Origin: a virus
Lineage: Duplodnaviria; Heunggongvirae; Uroviricota; Caudoviricetes
DNA length: 47,988 nt
Direction: 5' to 3' (one strand)
IMG/VR virus record: IMGVR_UViG_2579778786_000004
Coordinates: 1 to 47,988 of that record
Shown here one piece after another: positions 29,299-40,959 of this stretch. The notes beneath the pieces were generated by a model. It was not told where the DNA came from and searched no databases. It saw only the letters and a list, made by a program, of their open reading frames with translations. Numbering within the stretch: position 1 is the stretch's first letter; each line of letters begins with the position of its first letter. Position numbers and translations under genes: made by a program.

Positions 29299-29757
29299 TT
29301 ATTTCAGGCATTGCGCCCTGATGTATTCCTGCAGGTAGTTGACCTGTGCGGTTATCTTGTCGATTCCACTTCGGAGACGGTAATAATTGAGTTCAGCATC
29401 TGCTGTAAGTCTTGGGCTTTCTCCATCGCCCATGCCGCTGGCTCCGGTCGTTGACTTTGCACAGGTGGCGGCGACTTGCAGGCGCTTACGCCCAGCAGAA
29501 ACATCAGCACGGAGACTTTCGATAGTCGCGTTAGCATCAGCAAGCTCCTTTGTGTATCTTGCGTCGAGTTCTGCTACATCACGTTGACGCTTCCGCATGT
29601 CAGCGATGGTGGCGTTCGCCTTCTCCAGTTCACTGGCCTTGTTATCGCGCTGCTCTTTGTAGGCGATTGCGTTATCACGGTAATGATTAACAGCCAATGA
29701 CAGGCAGACGATGATGCAGATAACCAGAGCTGAGATAATCGCGGTTACTCTGCTCAT
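29299..29757 (-). CDS. Rz: Spanin inner-membrane subunit Rz
   Basis: 152 aa, N-terminal TM, coiled-coil; follows endolysin as in lambda. Confidence 0.85.
   Translation of the reverse strand: MSRVTAIISALVICIIVCLSLAVNHYRDNAIAYKEQRDNKASELEKANATIADMRKRQRDVAELDARYTKELADANATIESLRADVSAGRKRLQVAATCAKSTTGASGMGDGESPRLTADAELNYYRLRSGIDKITAQVNYLQEYIRAQCLK
29352..29543 (-). CDS. Rz1: Spanin outer-membrane lipoprotein Rz1, embedded in Rz in the +1 frame
   Basis: 63 aa with lipobox LLGVSAC and proline-rich segment, entirely inside Rz. Confidence 0.6.
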   Translation of the reverse strand: MLMLTRLSKVSVLMFLLGVSACKSPPPVQSQRPEPAAWAMEKAQDLQQMLNSIITVSEVESTR

Positions 29758-30230
29758 ACCTCAATCTCTCTGACCGTTCCGCCAACTTCTTTGAATTTTG
29801 CAATCAGGCTGTCAGCCTTATGCTCGAACTGGCCATAGCCAGCGCCCGGCAGTGAAGCCCAGATATTGCTGCAACGGTCGATAGCCTGACGAATATCACC
29901 GCGATCAATCATCGGTAAAGCGCCACGCTCTTTAATCTGTTGCAGTGCCACAGCGTCCTGGCTTTTCGGAGAGAAGTCTTTCAGGCCAAGCTGCTTGCGG
30001 TAGGCATCCCACCAACGGGAAAGAAGCTGGTAGCGTCCGGCGGCTGTTGATTTGAGTTTGGGGTTTAGCGTGACAAGTTTGCGAGGGTGATCGGAGTAAT
30101 CAGTGAATAGCTCTCCGCCAACAATGACGTCATAACCATGATTTCTGGTTTTCTGCCGTCCGTTATCAGTTCCCTCTGACCACGCCAGCATATCGAGGAA
30201 CGCCTTACGTTGATTATTGATTTCCACCAT
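29754..30230 (-). CDS. R: Endolysin R (lytic transglycosylase, lambda R-like)
   Basis: 158 aa; sequence closely resembles lambda R as recalled. Confidence 0.9.
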   Translation of the reverse strand: MVEINNQRKAFLDMLAWSEGTDNGRQKTRNHGYDVIVGGELFTDYSDHPRKLVTLNPKLKSTAAGRYQLLSRWWDAYRKQLGLKDFSPKSQDAVALQQIKERGALPMIDRGDIRQAIDRCSNIWASLPGAGYGQFEHKADSLIAKFKEVGGTVREIEV

Positions 30231-30537
30231 CTTCTATTCCGGCTTTTTTAGCAGCGAAGCGTTTGATAAGCGAACCAATCGAGTCAGTACCGATGTAGCC
30301 GATGAACACGCTCGTTATATAAGCGAGATTGCTACTTAGTCCGGCGAAGTCGAGAAGGTCACGAATGAACCAGGCGATAATGGCGCACATCGTTGCGTCG
30401 ATTACTGTTTTTGTAAACGCACCGCCATTATATCTGCCGCGAAGGTACGCCATTGCAAACGCAAGGATTGCCCCGATGCCTTGTTCCTTTGCCGCGAGAA
30501 TGGCGGCTAACAGGTCATGTTTTTCTGGCATCTTCAT
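30214..30537 (-). CDS. S: Holin S (lambda S-like, class I)
   Basis: 107 aa beginning [20 protein letters not shown] with dual-start motif, three TM segments. Confidence 0.9.
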   Translation of the reverse strand: MKMPEKHDLLAAILAAKEQGIGAILAFAMAYLRGRYNGGAFTKTVIDATMCAIIAWFIRDLLDFAGLSSNLAYITSVFIGYIGTDSIGSLIKRFAAKKAGIEDGGNQ

Positions 30538-30779
30538 GTCTTAGCCCCAATAAGGGGATTTGCTCTATTTATTTAGGAATAAGGTCGATTACTGATAGAA
30601 CAAATCCAGGCTACTGTGTTTAGTAATCAGATTTGTTCGTGATCGATATGCACGGGCAAAACGGCAGGATGTTGTTAGCGCGACCTCCTGCCACCCGCTT
30701 TCACGAAGGTCATGTGTAGAAGTCCGCAACGTAACTATCACTGATGAATTCAGGATAGCCAGTGGCTACGGCTCAGTTA

Positions 30780-30855
30780 TGGTGCTGTTTAACGGACTTG
30801 AACCGCTACCCATTCGCTTACAAGGCGACCGCTCTATCATTGGAGCTAAAACAGC
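30780..30855 (-). tRNA. Phage-encoded tRNA-Thr (anticodon UGU)
   Basis: 76 nt cloverleaf by hand: perfect 7 bp acceptor stem GCTGTTT/AAACAGC, D-stem GCTC/GAGC, anticodon loop CT-TGT-AA, T-loop TTCAAGT, 3' ACCA; D-loop lacks GG. Confidence 0.6.
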
Positions 30856-30860
30856 ATGTT

Positions 30861-30935
30861 TGGCGGGACAGCGTGGACTCGAACCACGATAAGAAGGTTA
30901 ACAGCCTTCCGTAATGACCTTTATACGACTGACCC
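30861..30935 (-). tRNA. Phage-encoded tRNA-Asn (anticodon GUU), one T-T mismatch in acceptor stem
   Basis: 75 nt: anticodon stem GAAGG/CCTTC, loop CT-GTT-AA identical to E. coli tRNA-Asn loop, T-arm CGTGG-TTCGAGT-CCACG, 3' GCCA. Confidence 0.6.
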
Positions 30936-30998
30936 AAATAAAAAAAGCCACCGTTGCAACTTAAGAGTTACTAACGGCAGCTTACCTTCTAATTATGG

Positions 30999-31517
30999 CT
31001 AAATGGATAATTGCATGTCAAGGCCTTTAACAGCAACATGCTTAACTTTCTCAACACGTTTACGCATTTTGAAAGCATTTTGCATTGGCTGGTACAAAAC
31101 AAATAACGACGCTTTCAGGATGTCGTCAATTTCGTTTCTACAGGTTGCCAGTGAAGGTTTTCTCCATCCCTCGCCACCACGTCCACACATCTTGCGTGGC
31201 TTTGCAGTCGCGTGATAGTAGGATGCAATTGCTCGCTTAGATGAACCATGAGCATAGTAGCTGAGGAGGATGCCAAAGGCTTTTTTGTCAATGTACATGA
31301 CGGAATCGACGACCTGAGAAATCAACATTCCATCATCATCATTACACATTGGCCTTGTCATAACTCTTCCCGGCTCTACGCTCTCCATGAACTTCGCTAT
31401 TACGCTGCTCATGCGCTTTTCCAGACGACCTGAATAAACCCATGCGCCCCACAGTTCAAGCCAGCCATTCAGCCACTCGTGCTGCTCTTTGGTGAGTTTT
31501 AGTTCTCTTATGCCCAT
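30999..31517 (-). CDS. Late-gene antiterminator Q-like protein
   Basis: 172 aa, Cys-containing, located between the nin region and the lysis cassette. Confidence 0.6.
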   Translation of the reverse strand: MGIRELKLTKEQHEWLNGWLELWGAWVYSGRLEKRMSSVIAKFMESVEPGRVMTRPMCNDDDGMLISQVVDSVMYIDKKAFGILLSYYAHGSSKRAIASYYHATAKPRKMCGRGGEGWRKPSLATCRNEIDDILKASLFVLYQPMQNAFKMRKRVEKVKHVAVKGLDMQLSI

Positions 31518-32179
31518 GCGCCTTCTCCCTGTACCTGAATCAATGTGAGGTTTCCGCAGAACACTGCGCCGGTATCGATATACATCTGGTTAGCGTATTT
31601 GAGAGGCTGGCGCGCCGGGGTATGCCCGAAAATAAACAGGTATGCACCGGATATTTCATTCACAATCCCATTCTGAGCCGCGCTCACTCGCTCACGATTC
31701 CAGATCACCTGTTCTGCATCGACGGGCCTGCCATACGCATATTCGTCGTGAGGATAGTCTGCATGGCAGATGACGAACTTCTTGCCGCCCTTCTCCACCT
31801 CGATGATGAGCGGAAGTGCTGCCGCCTTGCTGACCAGTGACTTCGCAAGGATCTGCTGTTCGGCATTGAGGTTGTAGAACCAACTACCACCGTTCTGCAT
31901 CCAGTGCAGGATACTTCCGGCACCCATCACAGCATCCAGCATCATCTGCTCATGGTTGCCGCGCACCGCGCGGAACCATGGCTGATTAATCAGGTCTAGG
32001 CATTCGACGTTCTCGGTGCCGCGGTCGATGAGGTCGCCAACCGAAACCAGCAGATCCTGTGCAGGGTCGAACCCGACAGCGTCCAGCCGTTTCATCAGGT
32101 TGGTGTAGCATCCGTGCAGATCGCCAACTACCCAAATATTTCGGTATTTGCTGCCATCAATTCTTTCGTAGATATTCAT
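31508..32179 (-). CDS. Ser/Thr protein phosphatase (lambda PPase / NinI-like metallophosphatase)
   Basis: 223 aa; motifs GDLHG, GDLIDRG, GNHE of calcineurin-like phosphoesterases. Confidence 0.85.
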   Translation of the reverse strand: MNIYERIDGSKYRNIWVVGDLHGCYTNLMKRLDAVGFDPAQDLLVSVGDLIDRGTENVECLDLINQPWFRAVRGNHEQMMLDAVMGAGSILHWMQNGGSWFYNLNAEQQILAKSLVSKAAALPLIIEVEKGGKKFVICHADYPHDEYAYGRPVDAEQVIWNRERVSAAQNGIVNEISGAYLFIFGHTPARQPLKYANQMYIDTGAVFCGNLTLIQVQGEGAWA

Positions 32180-32781
32180 GCAGCCTCACTTCTGCTGTTT
32201 CGCAGTTTTTTAAGTTTCTGTTGATACTCCGCCTTGATGGTCCTGCACTCTTCGACAGTCCAGCGATGGCGGTTATGGTTTGATTCGATTTCGTCTACTG
32301 CTTCCTGCCCGATGCGGCTAATCAGTTCGACGCGATACGGAACGAGATTTCCGCTTTTGTGCTGGTTGCACACCACGCATTGCTTGTGAATATTGCGTTC
32401 ATCAAATCGGAGTTGAGGGGCCGCAGCAGTTGTCCGGTAATGCCCGGCATCCCACTGAGCAGACGTGAGCGTTCCGCACGAGATACATGGTAAGTCGCGG
32501 TCTCTTTCTCTGATGAAGGCGTTTACGGCTTGTTGGGCTTGTTTAATCCAGTAACTGCGGGGCTTTAAGGCGAGTTTTCGAATCTTCAGTTTATCTTTCT
32601 GTTTCTGCTCCTCTCGTCGTCGTTTCTTCTCTGCTGCTTTTTCCGCTTTTTTTCGCTGTTTACTTTGTAGTTTGAGTGCTAACTGAGTTCCGTGTTCCGG
32701 GCAGCACCACCACTGATTTGAGAATGCCGGGTGAAACCATTCCTTGCATATTTTGCATTTCCTTCGCGCTGGTTTAGCCAT
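32176..32781 (-). CDS. ninG: NinG / Rap recombination protein
   Basis: 201 aa beginning [20 protein letters not shown], near-identical to lambda NinG as recalled. Confidence 0.9.
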   Translation of the reverse strand: MAKPARRKCKICKEWFHPAFSNQWWCCPEHGTQLALKLQSKQRKKAEKAAEKKRRREEQKQKDKLKIRKLALKPRSYWIKQAQQAVNAFIRERDRDLPCISCGTLTSAQWDAGHYRTTAAAPQLRFDERNIHKQCVVCNQHKSGNLVPYRVELISRIGQEAVDEIESNHNRHRWTVEECRTIKAEYQQKLKKLRNSRSEAA

Positions 32782-32950
32782 CGTCTTCTTCCTCGTACAT
32801 TGAGCTATTCGGATCGCTCATCAGTTCTGCGCAGCAGTGCTCACACACGTGAACTTCCAGCACATGCAGCTTCTGACCGCAGTTAGCGCACGTTAAAGCC
32901 CGCTCGACGCTTTCTTTCTGGTATTGAAGAGATTGGGATGGACTAAGCAT
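32774..32950 (-). CDS. ninF: NinF
   Basis: Start [13 protein letters not shown] at 32950, matches lambda NinF; ORF track shows a longer upstream extension. Confidence 0.8.
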   Translation of the reverse strand: MLSPSQSLQYQKESVERALTCANCGQKLHVLEVHVCEHCCAELMSDPNSSMYEEEDDG

Positions 32951-33350
32951 GGCTTTCACCATTAAAAAGTCGCTTGTAAGCATCAATGTCTCGTTTTGCT
33001 TCACCAAGCTTTCGTCTTAATTCCATGTTTTCTGATTCAAGCTTTTCCATATCTTGCTGGTATCGATCGCGGTGTTCTTTCCATGCTTTTCGATACGCCT
33101 TCATGTATGTCGTATTGGCCTTTCTCTTTGCCTGACGAACTGCGTGGTGGTTTTTCACAAACCAGTCAGGGTCGTTAAATGCTGCTCTGGCGCATGTATA
33201 CCAATAATTTGTTGCCTCCCTGTTTAGCCAATAAATACTGATAAATGGCAACTGTATCGACACCATTTTTCGTTGAGATTCTTTCTCGCCAAACATGTGC
33301 CCTTTTTTGATGCTAAGGCCAAATCCAGGTTGAATTAAAAGCATTGTCAT
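32943..33350 (-). CDS. Hypothetical nin-region protein with C-terminal coiled coil
   Basis: ATGA overlap with ninE stop and ATGCTTAG overlap with ninF start; no recognised motif. Confidence 0.45.
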   Translation of the reverse strand: MTMLLIQPGFGLSIKKGHMFGEKESQRKMVSIQLPFISIYWLNREATNYWYTCARAAFNDPDWFVKNHHAVRQAKRKANTTYMKAYRKAWKEHRDRYQQDMEKLESENMELRRKLGEAKRDIDAYKRLFNGESHA

Positions 33351-33523
33351 TTCCTCGCACGATGTCTTAGCCACCGGATATCCCACAGGTGAGCCGTGTA
33401 ATTGAAGGTTTTTACGTCAGATTCTTTTGGGATTGGCTTGGGTTTATTTCTGGAGCGTTTCGTTGGAAGGTATTTGCAGTTTTCGCAGATGATGTCGGTG
33501 AAACTTCGTCGCTGTCGCCTCAT
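33347..33523 (-). CDS. ninE: NinE
   Basis: Start [20 protein letters not shown] at 33523, matches lambda NinE. Confidence 0.85.
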   Translation of the reverse strand: MRRQRRSFTDIICENCKYLPTKRSRNKPKPIPKESDVKTFNYTAHLWDIRWLRHRARK

Positions 33524-34047
33524 GCCGCCCTCCTGACGCCCTGCCCGATCGCCATCAATGCCGCTTTGGATACGGTAGTAAACATCCGTCGAGGACTGAT
33601 GAACGGTCGCCAAATCAGCAGCATGGAGCCTTTGCTGTTTCCCTTCTTCTCCAGCCCTGTCGATGGTTCGATAAAATTAATCCGTCCATCAGTGATAATG
33701 CGAACTTCGTCGACACTCTCCAGAGCCTTGCTGAACCATCCGACTGACATATCCTCTGGCACAAGCATAACTACCGTCTGTCGCTGTTGTATGCACTGCT
33801 CAGCGGCTTTTTCCACCCACGGCCTGATATTGCTGTACGGTGGGTTATTCCAGATTGCACCGTGGCTTACCCACTCAGAATTGAGCGCGTCGTCGGCCTC
33901 AGTTAGCCAGTGAGCACACAGAGCATTTTTGTCGCTCGCTGCCGAATCCAGCCAGAATCCAAACTCAATATCCAGTGCATCAAAAAGCCAAAGCGGCGTT
34001 TGCCAGCAGTCCTTGTCGTGCGCTGGCGTATTTGATTTGATAGTCAT
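33520..34047 (-). CDS. Phage DNA N6-adenine methyltransferase
   Basis: NPPY motif (WNNPPYS) and Dam-like N-terminus [18 protein letters not shown]; ATGA coupling to ninB and ninE. Confidence 0.8.
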   Translation of the reverse strand: MTIKSNTPAHDKDCWQTPLWLFDALDIEFGFWLDSAASDKNALCAHWLTEADDALNSEWVSHGAIWNNPPYSNIRPWVEKAAEQCIQQRQTVVMLVPEDMSVGWFSKALESVDEVRIITDGRINFIEPSTGLEKKGNSKGSMLLIWRPFISPRRMFTTVSKAALMAIGQGVRRAA

Positions 34048-34484
34048 GCAGCCCGATCTCCCCATCTCGCTTTCCACTCCAGAGCCAGTCTCGCTTCGTC
34101 TGACCACTTAACGCCACGCTCTGTACCGAATGCCTGTATAAGCTCTAATAGCTCCGCAAATTCGCCTACACGCATCCTGCTGGTTGACTGGCCTATTACC
34201 ACAAAGCCATTCCCGGCAAGGTTAGGAACAACGTCCTGCTGCTTTAATGCTGCTGTAAAAACGCACTTCCAGCTTTCTGCATCCAGCCAGCGACCATGCC
34301 ATTCAACCTGACGCGAAACGTCACCAAGGCAAGCCCAAAGCTTCCGATTTTGGTCTAAGCTGCGGTTGCGCTCCTGAATGGTTACTACGATTGGTTTTGT
34401 TGGGTCTGGAAGGATTTGCTGGATGGCTTGAATGGCGTTCTGCTGATGGATGGGGCTTCTTAGTTCAAACGTTAGTTTCCTCAT
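34044..34484 (-). CDS. ninB: NinB (Orf-family recombination mediator)
   Basis: 146 aa, near-identical to lambda NinB as recalled. Confidence 0.9.
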   Translation of the reverse strand: MRKLTFELRSPIHQQNAIQAIQQILPDPTKPIVVTIQERNRSLDQNRKLWACLGDVSRQVEWHGRWLDAESWKCVFTAALKQQDVVPNLAGNGFVVIGQSTSRMRVGEFAELLELIQAFGTERGVKWSDEARLALEWKARWGDRAA

Positions 34485-34719
34485 TGCTCACCTTCTGCAC
34501 ACATGGATTAATTAACGCCAAAATAGCTTCTGGTTTCTCAATAACATCGAACCGCTCACCACTTGCCATTCTTACAATCGTAATCCCGGCCTCAAATAGG
34601 GTTTCGATGTTGTCAGAGTTAACGTACAAGGGCTCATATGCACTTCTGGTGCTTTCTATCACGCCTGTGCTTGGTGGCTGATAGATGCTGCATTGCATGG
34701 TTAATTTTATAAATGGCAT
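34465..34719 (-). CDS. Hypothetical protein
   Basis: 84 aa ORF in the early-right operon, start overlapping upstream gene. Confidence 0.45.
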   Translation of the reverse strand: MPFIKLTMQCSIYQPPSTGVIESTRSAYEPLYVNSDNIETLFEAGITIVRMASGERFDVIEKPEAILALINPCVQKVSNEETNV

Positions 34720-34723
34720 ATAC

Positions 34724-35044
34724 TCACTCCTTCACTTTGACTCCAGCAGCGCGGATGTTTTCCTCATAAGCATCCATTGCATCACCGAAGCCATTGGAAT
34801 AATCAACAGTAAACCCTTTGGCTAATGCTTCTCTGCTGTTGATAAACTTTGGCGCGGTTATTTCAATAGCTGATCGCGATGCCTGCCACGTTTGCCAGTG
34901 GCCTTGAACATCGTCCATCACGTATTGACCACCAATATTACCGCTGCCAATTTCATGGTGATTTTCAGGGTAACGGATAAGGTCTGAAGATTCGCCTCCA
35001 CGTCGCAACCAACTTTCTTCAAACTGCCTTCTTGATTCGTCCAT
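34724..35044 (-). CDS. Hypothetical protein
   Basis: 106 aa ORF, tightly packed with neighbours. Confidence 0.45.
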   Translation of the reverse strand: MDESRRQFEESWLRRGGESSDLIRYPENHHEIGSGNIGGQYVMDDVQGHWQTWQASRSAIEITAPKFINSREALAKGFTVDYSNGFGDAMDAYEENIRAAGVKVKE

Positions 35045-35061
35045 CGGTACTTACCCTCAGT

Positions 35062-35268
35062 TCAACTCACAAAACGCCACGCCATTTTTGCTACAGCGAC
35101 AGGCATAACACCGATAATCACCCAGACAAATGCAGCGCCAAACAACGTATACCATGGGTCTTTACCGTCATTCACAAGACGAATGTAGCTATGCAGAACA
35201 ATAAAAAACGTCAGAAGAATCCATCCAACGCCAACGCATTTGAGTGCGACGAGCATAAACTCAGCCAC
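35062..35268 (-). CDS. Small two-transmembrane-segment membrane protein
   Basis: 68 aa with two hydrophobic helices separated by NDGKDPW. Confidence 0.45.
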   Translation of the reverse strand: MAEFMLVALKCVGVGWILLTFFIVLHSYIRLVNDGKDPWYTLFGAAFVWVIIGVMPVAVAKMAWRFVS

Positions 35269-35340
35269 GATTTACTCTCCCCCAAATAAAAAGGCCTGCG
35301 ATTACCAGCAGGCCTGTTATTAGCTCAGTGATGTAGATGG

Positions 35341-36717
35341 TCATACGTCAGCCCCTTGTGCATATCGTCTGCCACGCGCAGCAGGTGCATTTGATGCTGT
35401 GCAAATCTGTCTGGCTTCATCCTGGTCACATGCAACAAAGTGTCCATTACAGAACCGCTGGTAAACCGTACCAAGTGAGCCAAAACGGTTTTTCGTCACG
35501 ATGATTTCAGCAAATGGCGAGGCGCTACTGTTCTCGTCATATACCGCTTCCCGATAGAGCATGATGATTGAGTCTGCGTCCTGCTCAATGCTTCCAGAAT
35601 CACGCAAATCTGCGTTTGTCGGACGTTTGTTTGGTCGCTTCTCAACATCGCGCGAAAGCTGACTCAGGGAGATAACTGGCGTTTTCAGGTCTTTCGCCAT
35701 CGCCTTCAGGCTTCCGGAGATGTGAGCAATTGCGAGGTCGTTGCGGTCTGCTTTCGGCTTCTCAATCAGGCCAAGATAATCCGCCATGATGAGTGACAGG
35801 TTTGGATTTTCCTGTTTGTGCCGTTCTGCGATTGAGCGTATTTCTTCGACCGATAACCGCGAGGCATCGACTACCCATACATCCAAATCTGCAAGCTGAC
35901 TCATGCCGTTAGCAACGCGCGCCCAGCCTTCGTCATCCATCGATGCAGGATTTCGCAGCACGCTAACCGACATCCTCCCGGCGTTGGCAATGCTTCGCTC
36001 TGCAATCTGCAATGCGCTCATTTCCATCGAGAAAATCAACACTCCGCGCCGGACGTCAGAACCAGGAATAACTCGGCTTGCAACGCCTTCGGCAATCTTC
36101 AGCGCCAGCTCGGTTTTCCCCATACCAGGACGAGCAGCGATTATCACCAGGTCTTCTGCGTTCATCCCTCCGGTGATGGCGTCAAGTTCTTCGATTCCGG
36201 TCTTCAGGGTATCTGACTCTTCTCCGTTCCTCAGACGCCTGTCAAGCGTGTCAGTGTAGTCAGTGATGATTTCCCCTAACCGTACAGGTTTAACCTCGTC
36301 ACGGGGCTTTCTGATGGCTGAAAGACGCTTTACAAGTTCATCCATCGCCTGACTCGATGCGTCGATGGTTCCGCTCTGAATCTGTTCACGCATTTCATCC
36401 ATGATTTCCAGTACCAGACGGCGGTGATAGTTATCCGCGACCATTCCGGCATATCCCTTCAGGTTTGCGGCACTCGGGCAGTTCTTACTGGTCATCAGGA
36501 TTGACGTGAAATGCTCCTCTCCGCACGCCTCGGCAACCATCAGCGCGTCGATTAGGTTTCTGTTTCTCGCCTGCTTGCGGATAACCTCGAAGGCTTTCCG
36601 GTAGAGCGGAATTGAAAACGCTTCCGGCTCCAGCGTTGCCAGAACGTCACTGGCGGTTGGTGTTAATCCACCAATCAGCAGGCCACCGATAACGCTCGCT
36701 TCGATATCCTGTTTCAT
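35341..36717 (-). CDS. Replicative DNA helicase, DnaB family (P22 gene 12-like)
   Basis: 458 aa; Walker A ARPGMGKT, DnaB N-terminal domain. Confidence 0.85.
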   Translation of the reverse strand: MKQDIEASVIGGLLIGGLTPTASDVLATLEPEAFSIPLYRKAFEVIRKQARNRNLIDALMVAEACGEEHFTSILMTSKNCPSAANLKGYAGMVADNYHRRLVLEIMDEMREQIQSGTIDASSQAMDELVKRLSAIRKPRDEVKPVRLGEIITDYTDTLDRRLRNGEESDTLKTGIEELDAITGGMNAEDLVIIAARPGMGKTELALKIAEGVASRVIPGSDVRRGVLIFSMEMSALQIAERSIANAGRMSVSVLRNPASMDDEGWARVANGMSQLADLDVWVVDASRLSVEEIRSIAERHKQENPNLSLIMADYLGLIEKPKADRNDLAIAHISGSLKAMAKDLKTPVISLSQLSRDVEKRPNKRPTNADLRDSGSIEQDADSIIMLYREAVYDENSSASPFAEIIVTKNRFGSLGTVYQRFCNGHFVACDQDEARQICTASNAPAARGRRYAQGADV

Positions 36718-37535
36718 GCAATCCCCCTGTCTGCAAACTTCCCTTCCCGTACTCCCGTTAACGAATCTTCCCTCAGCAGGTAATCAAAATCTGCCGTCCA
36801 GCCCGTGTCGTTGTCTCCGAAGTAAAACGGCTTGGCCTGATGCACAAACGCCCTGACATACGCTCTGAAACCGTCCACGTTTGGCGTTTTCAGTTGCGGG
36901 ATGATTTTCTTCAGGCGGCGTTTGCGTTTCTCGTTGACCGCAACAGCATGTGGAAGTCTGTCACCGACTTCGGTGTTGTAGGCGTTCAGGAAGGATTCGT
37001 AGTCGATTCGTTCTGCCTTGCGACGTTCAGGTTTAACCTGCCCATCGCCTCCCCCGTTAGGGGGTAAGGGGGTATTTGTATTTATTGTCTTTTGTATATT
37101 GTCTTTTGTGTTTAGCTGACTTGGCTTATACCCATTAGCCGACTTGGCTAATGTTTTATTAGCTGTTTTAGCTAATGTTAAGCTGTCCTGGCTAATCCAC
37201 TGAGAAACCACCTTGTTCACTCCGATTTTCACGCCATCAGCAATGAGGAATTTACGCTCAATAAGCTGGCGCTTGGCAGCGCAAACATGAGTGTGATGAA
37301 TACCTGTCATGGCTGCTATCTGCGTGTTTGTGAGTCGATCCATCGGCTTATTGAATCCGTATGTCTTGCGCATGATAGCGAGCATCACCTTCAACTGCCG
37401 GACGGTTAAATCAGCCATCAGCAGACTGTCGGTAATCTCGTTAGCAACGCGCATGAAACCATCTTCGGTATCTGCCACGCGATGCTCCACGACCTCCAGT
37501 TGAGGCCTGTAATCAGCTAACTTAACGACGCCCAT
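36714..37535 (-). CDS. Replication initiator protein O-like, contains the origin iterons
   Basis: 273 aa; N-terminal O-like DNA-binding region; iteron array lies inside the coding sequence. Confidence 0.8.
   Translation of the reverse strand: MGVVKLADYRPQLEVVEHRVADTEDGFMRVANEITDSLLMADLTVRQLKVMLAIMRKTYGFNKPMDRLTNTQIAAMTGIHHTHVCAAKRQLIERKFLIADGVKIGVNKVVSQWISQDSLTLAKTANKTLAKSANGYKPSQLNTKDNIQKTINTNTPLPPNGGGDGQVKPERRKAERIDYESFLNAYNTEVGDRLPHAVAVNEKRKRRLKKIIPQLKTPNVDGFRAYVRAFVHQAKPFYFGDNDTGWTADFDYLLREDSLTGVREGKFADRGIA
37073..37195. repeat. Replication origin: AT-rich tract followed by four ~17 bp iterons (TTAGCYGACTTGGCTAA-like) spaced ~23 bp
   Basis: Iteron copies at 37112-37128, 37135-37151, 37159-37175, 37178-37195; TATTGTCTTTTGT repeats upstream. 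Confidence 0.6.
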
Positions 37536-37683
37536 GTTTCACTCCTGCTTTGGCTAGTCTGTAAACACCAACAAGGCGCTCTGCGAACGCCCTGTTATTT
37601 GCTGCGGCTACCACTAATCCCTCAGGTGAATCAGGGTGTCGAATCTCTTCTTTTTCCTGGTATTTCTTACGACGTTTTGTCAT
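37522..37683 (-). CDS. Small hypothetical basic protein between cII and O
   Basis: 53 aa from ATG 37683 with strong RBS AGGAG. Confidence 0.35.
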   Translation of the reverse strand: MTKRRKKYQEKEEIRHPDSPEGLVVAAANNRAFAERLVGVYRLAKAGVKHGRR

Positions 37684-37717
37684 AATTACTCCTGTGGATT
37701 GATCCAGTCTTTCTACA

Positions 37718-37996
37718 TCAGGCCTCAAAACTGTTCCCGCAGTCTTGAGGCTTTTCTTTTGTCAGCACCATGGCTACTTTCTTTGCCAGCTCCGCTAATT
37801 CCTCGTCTTCAACACCCCACTCCAGCACAGCCAGAAGCATTCCCATTTTGGGGATGAAGCTGTCTTTCCATCGCGAAATTTGCGATTCATTAATCCCTAA
37901 CGCGTCGGCAACCTTTCGCTGACCACGTACAGCAATTCGATTCAGGATGTTGCTTGTAATTGCATTCGCTTTCTTGCGAGTACTTGTAAGTTGCAT
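37718..37996 (-). CDS. cII: Transcriptional activator cII
   Basis: Start MQLTSTRKK at 37996; ESQISRWK..IPK..MLLAVLEWGV matches lambda cII. Confidence 0.85.
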   Translation of the reverse strand: MQLTSTRKKANAITSNILNRIAVRGQRKVADALGINESQISRWKDSFIPKMGMLLAVLEWGVEDEELAELAKKVAMVLTKEKPQDCGNSFEA

Positions 37997-38075
37997 ATGT
38001 AAGTATTTCCTTAGATAACAATTGATTGAATGTATGCAAATAAATGCATACACCATAGGTGTGGTTTAATTTGAG

Positions 38076-38107
38076 GCCCTTTTTCAGGGCTGGGATGTGT
38101 AAGAGCG
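38076..38107 (-). promoter_or_regulatory. nutR (boxA CGCTCTTA and boxB GCCCTGAAAAAGGGC on minus strand)
   Basis: boxB hairpin identical to lambda nutR boxB as recalled; located between cro and cII. Confidence 0.75.
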
Positions 38108-38115
38108 GGAATGTC

Positions 38116-39468
<1,353 letters not shown>

Positions 39469-39518
39469 TCCCCACCTCAATCTCGATAACCAAAAAACAA
39501 ACTATTTTCCGTTTAAAA

Positions 39519-39587
39519 ACAATGGAGTTTGTTTTTTACGCCCCTTTTTTACAATATTTCTTGTTTACAACATACAATATTTCTTGT
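39519..39587. promoter_or_regulatory. Left operator region OL (three ACAA-N6-TTGT 14-mers) with PL
   Basis: 14-mers at 39519-39532, 39551-39564 and 39574-39587; the last two identical. Confidence 0.6.
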
Positions 39588-39642
39588 AATTTTAAGCCAT
39601 CAGCAGGACGCACTGACCACCATTGAAGGTGGCGCTCTTAAA

Positions 39643-39673
39643 AATTAAGCCCTGAAGAAGGGCAGCATTCAAA
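39643..39673 (+). promoter_or_regulatory. nutL (boxA CGCTCTTA, boxB GCCCTGAAGAAGGGC)
   Basis: Matches lambda nutL boxA and boxB; upstream of N. Confidence 0.85.
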
Positions 39674-39773
39674 GCAGAAAGCTTTGAGTAGCGCGAAATG
39701 CAGCTGCAAGACAGCAACCGTGGAGATAAGCATCACGGCGCGTTACTCAAAGCTAACTGACAGGAGAATCCAG

Positions 39774-40100
39774 ATGGATGCACAAGCACGCCGCCGCGAA
39801 CGTCGCGCAGAGAAACAGGCTCAATGGAAAGCAGCAAATCCCCTGTTGGTTGGGGTAAGCGCAAAGCCAGTTAACCGCCCTATTCTCTCGCTGAATCGCA
39901 AACCGAAATCACGAGTAGAAAGCGCACTGAATCCTATAGACCTTACAGTGCTGGCTGAATACCACGAACAGATTGAAAGCAACCTGCAACGTATTGAACG
40001 CAAGAATCAGCGCACATGGTACAGCAAGCCACGCAGTGAAATGAGTGTGACTTGTGTTGGTCGCCAGAAAATGAAATTAGGCAGCAAACCACTTATTTGA
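39774..40100 (+). CDS. N: Antitermination protein N (lambda type)
   Basis: 108 aa from MDAQARRRERRAEKQAQWKAANPLLVG, near-identical to lambda N N-terminal arginine-rich motif. Confidence 0.9.
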   Translation: MDAQARRRERRAEKQAQWKAANPLLVGVSAKPVNRPILSLNRKPKSRVESALNPIDLTVLAEYHEQIESNLQRIERKNQRTWYSKPRSEMSVTCVGRQKMKLGSKPLI

Positions 40101-40111
40101 GAGGAATTAAT

Positions 40112-40735
40112 ATGTCATCAATCCGCTTAACTACGAGAATGAAAGAGGAAATCGCTCGTAACGCTTTAATTAAGTCTGGGGTTTTCACTGAACTTAAAGA
40201 AGTAACAAAGTTAAAGAACCAGCTTGCACTTGACGCCAGAGTTATTGCGTTTGGCGGTAAAAAGAAAACTGAGGAAGTGGATCAGTTATCATCCAGGTTA
40301 GTAGCTATAAGTGAAGAACTTGAAAAGATGGGATGTTCATTTTACTCATACGATGTTCGTTCTACTTCAATTTATCTGACTGTATCTGGCAGAAGGGTTG
40401 GATGGCATTCATATGGGAAAGACGGCAACGGCGAAGATATATTGCTCCCTACTCCGACCAAAGATAAATGCATGTTTAGCGCAGAACACGAAATAACAAA
40501 AAGGTTTGATGAAATCTGCGCATTGCAACAAAAACTTGAAGCCAAGAAAAAGGATATCGAATCAAATGTATGGGCTGCTTTGAACTCAGTCACAACAGTT
40601 AAGCGACTTATTGAAGTTTGGCCTGAAAGCAAAGAATTGCTACCAGAAGAAGCAGATAAAGCAAGTACAGCACTTCCTGCTTTACGGGTAGAAGATTTGA
40701 ATAAGATGATTGGACTTCCTTCCGAGGCCGCATAG
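40112..40735 (+). CDS. Hypothetical protein, first gene after N in the PL operon
   Basis: 207 aa from MSSIRLTT (RBS GAGAGGAA), soluble, coiled-coil segments. Confidence 0.55.
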   Translation: MSSIRLTTRMKEEIARNALIKSGVFTELKEVTKLKNQLALDARVIAFGGKKKTEEVDQLSSRLVAISEELEKMGCSFYSYDVRSTSIYLTVSGRRVGWHSYGKDGNGEDILLPTPTKDKCMFSAEHEITKRFDEICALQQKLEAKKKDIESNVWAALNSVTTVKRLIEVWPESKELLPEEADKASTALPALRVEDLNKMIGLPSEAA

Positions 40736-40959
40736 TCGGCCTTTACTTTTGGCATAAACAACAGAATAAACACTGCACTGTGTATTCATTCCAACGAGTG
40801 AATACACGGAGCAATGTCGCTCGTAACCAAACAGGAGCCGACTTGTTCTGATTATTGGAAATCTTCTTTGCCCTCCAGTGTGAGGGCCTTTTTATATGCA
40901 TACCAATAACGCTTCACTCGAGGCGTTTTCGTTATGCAATCAAATATAAGGAGTTACCC

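Noticed and set aside
30600-30779. Possible third tRNA upstream of tRNA-Thr
   Set aside because: No T-loop (GTTCRANYC) or acceptor stem pairing could be found by eye in this interval.
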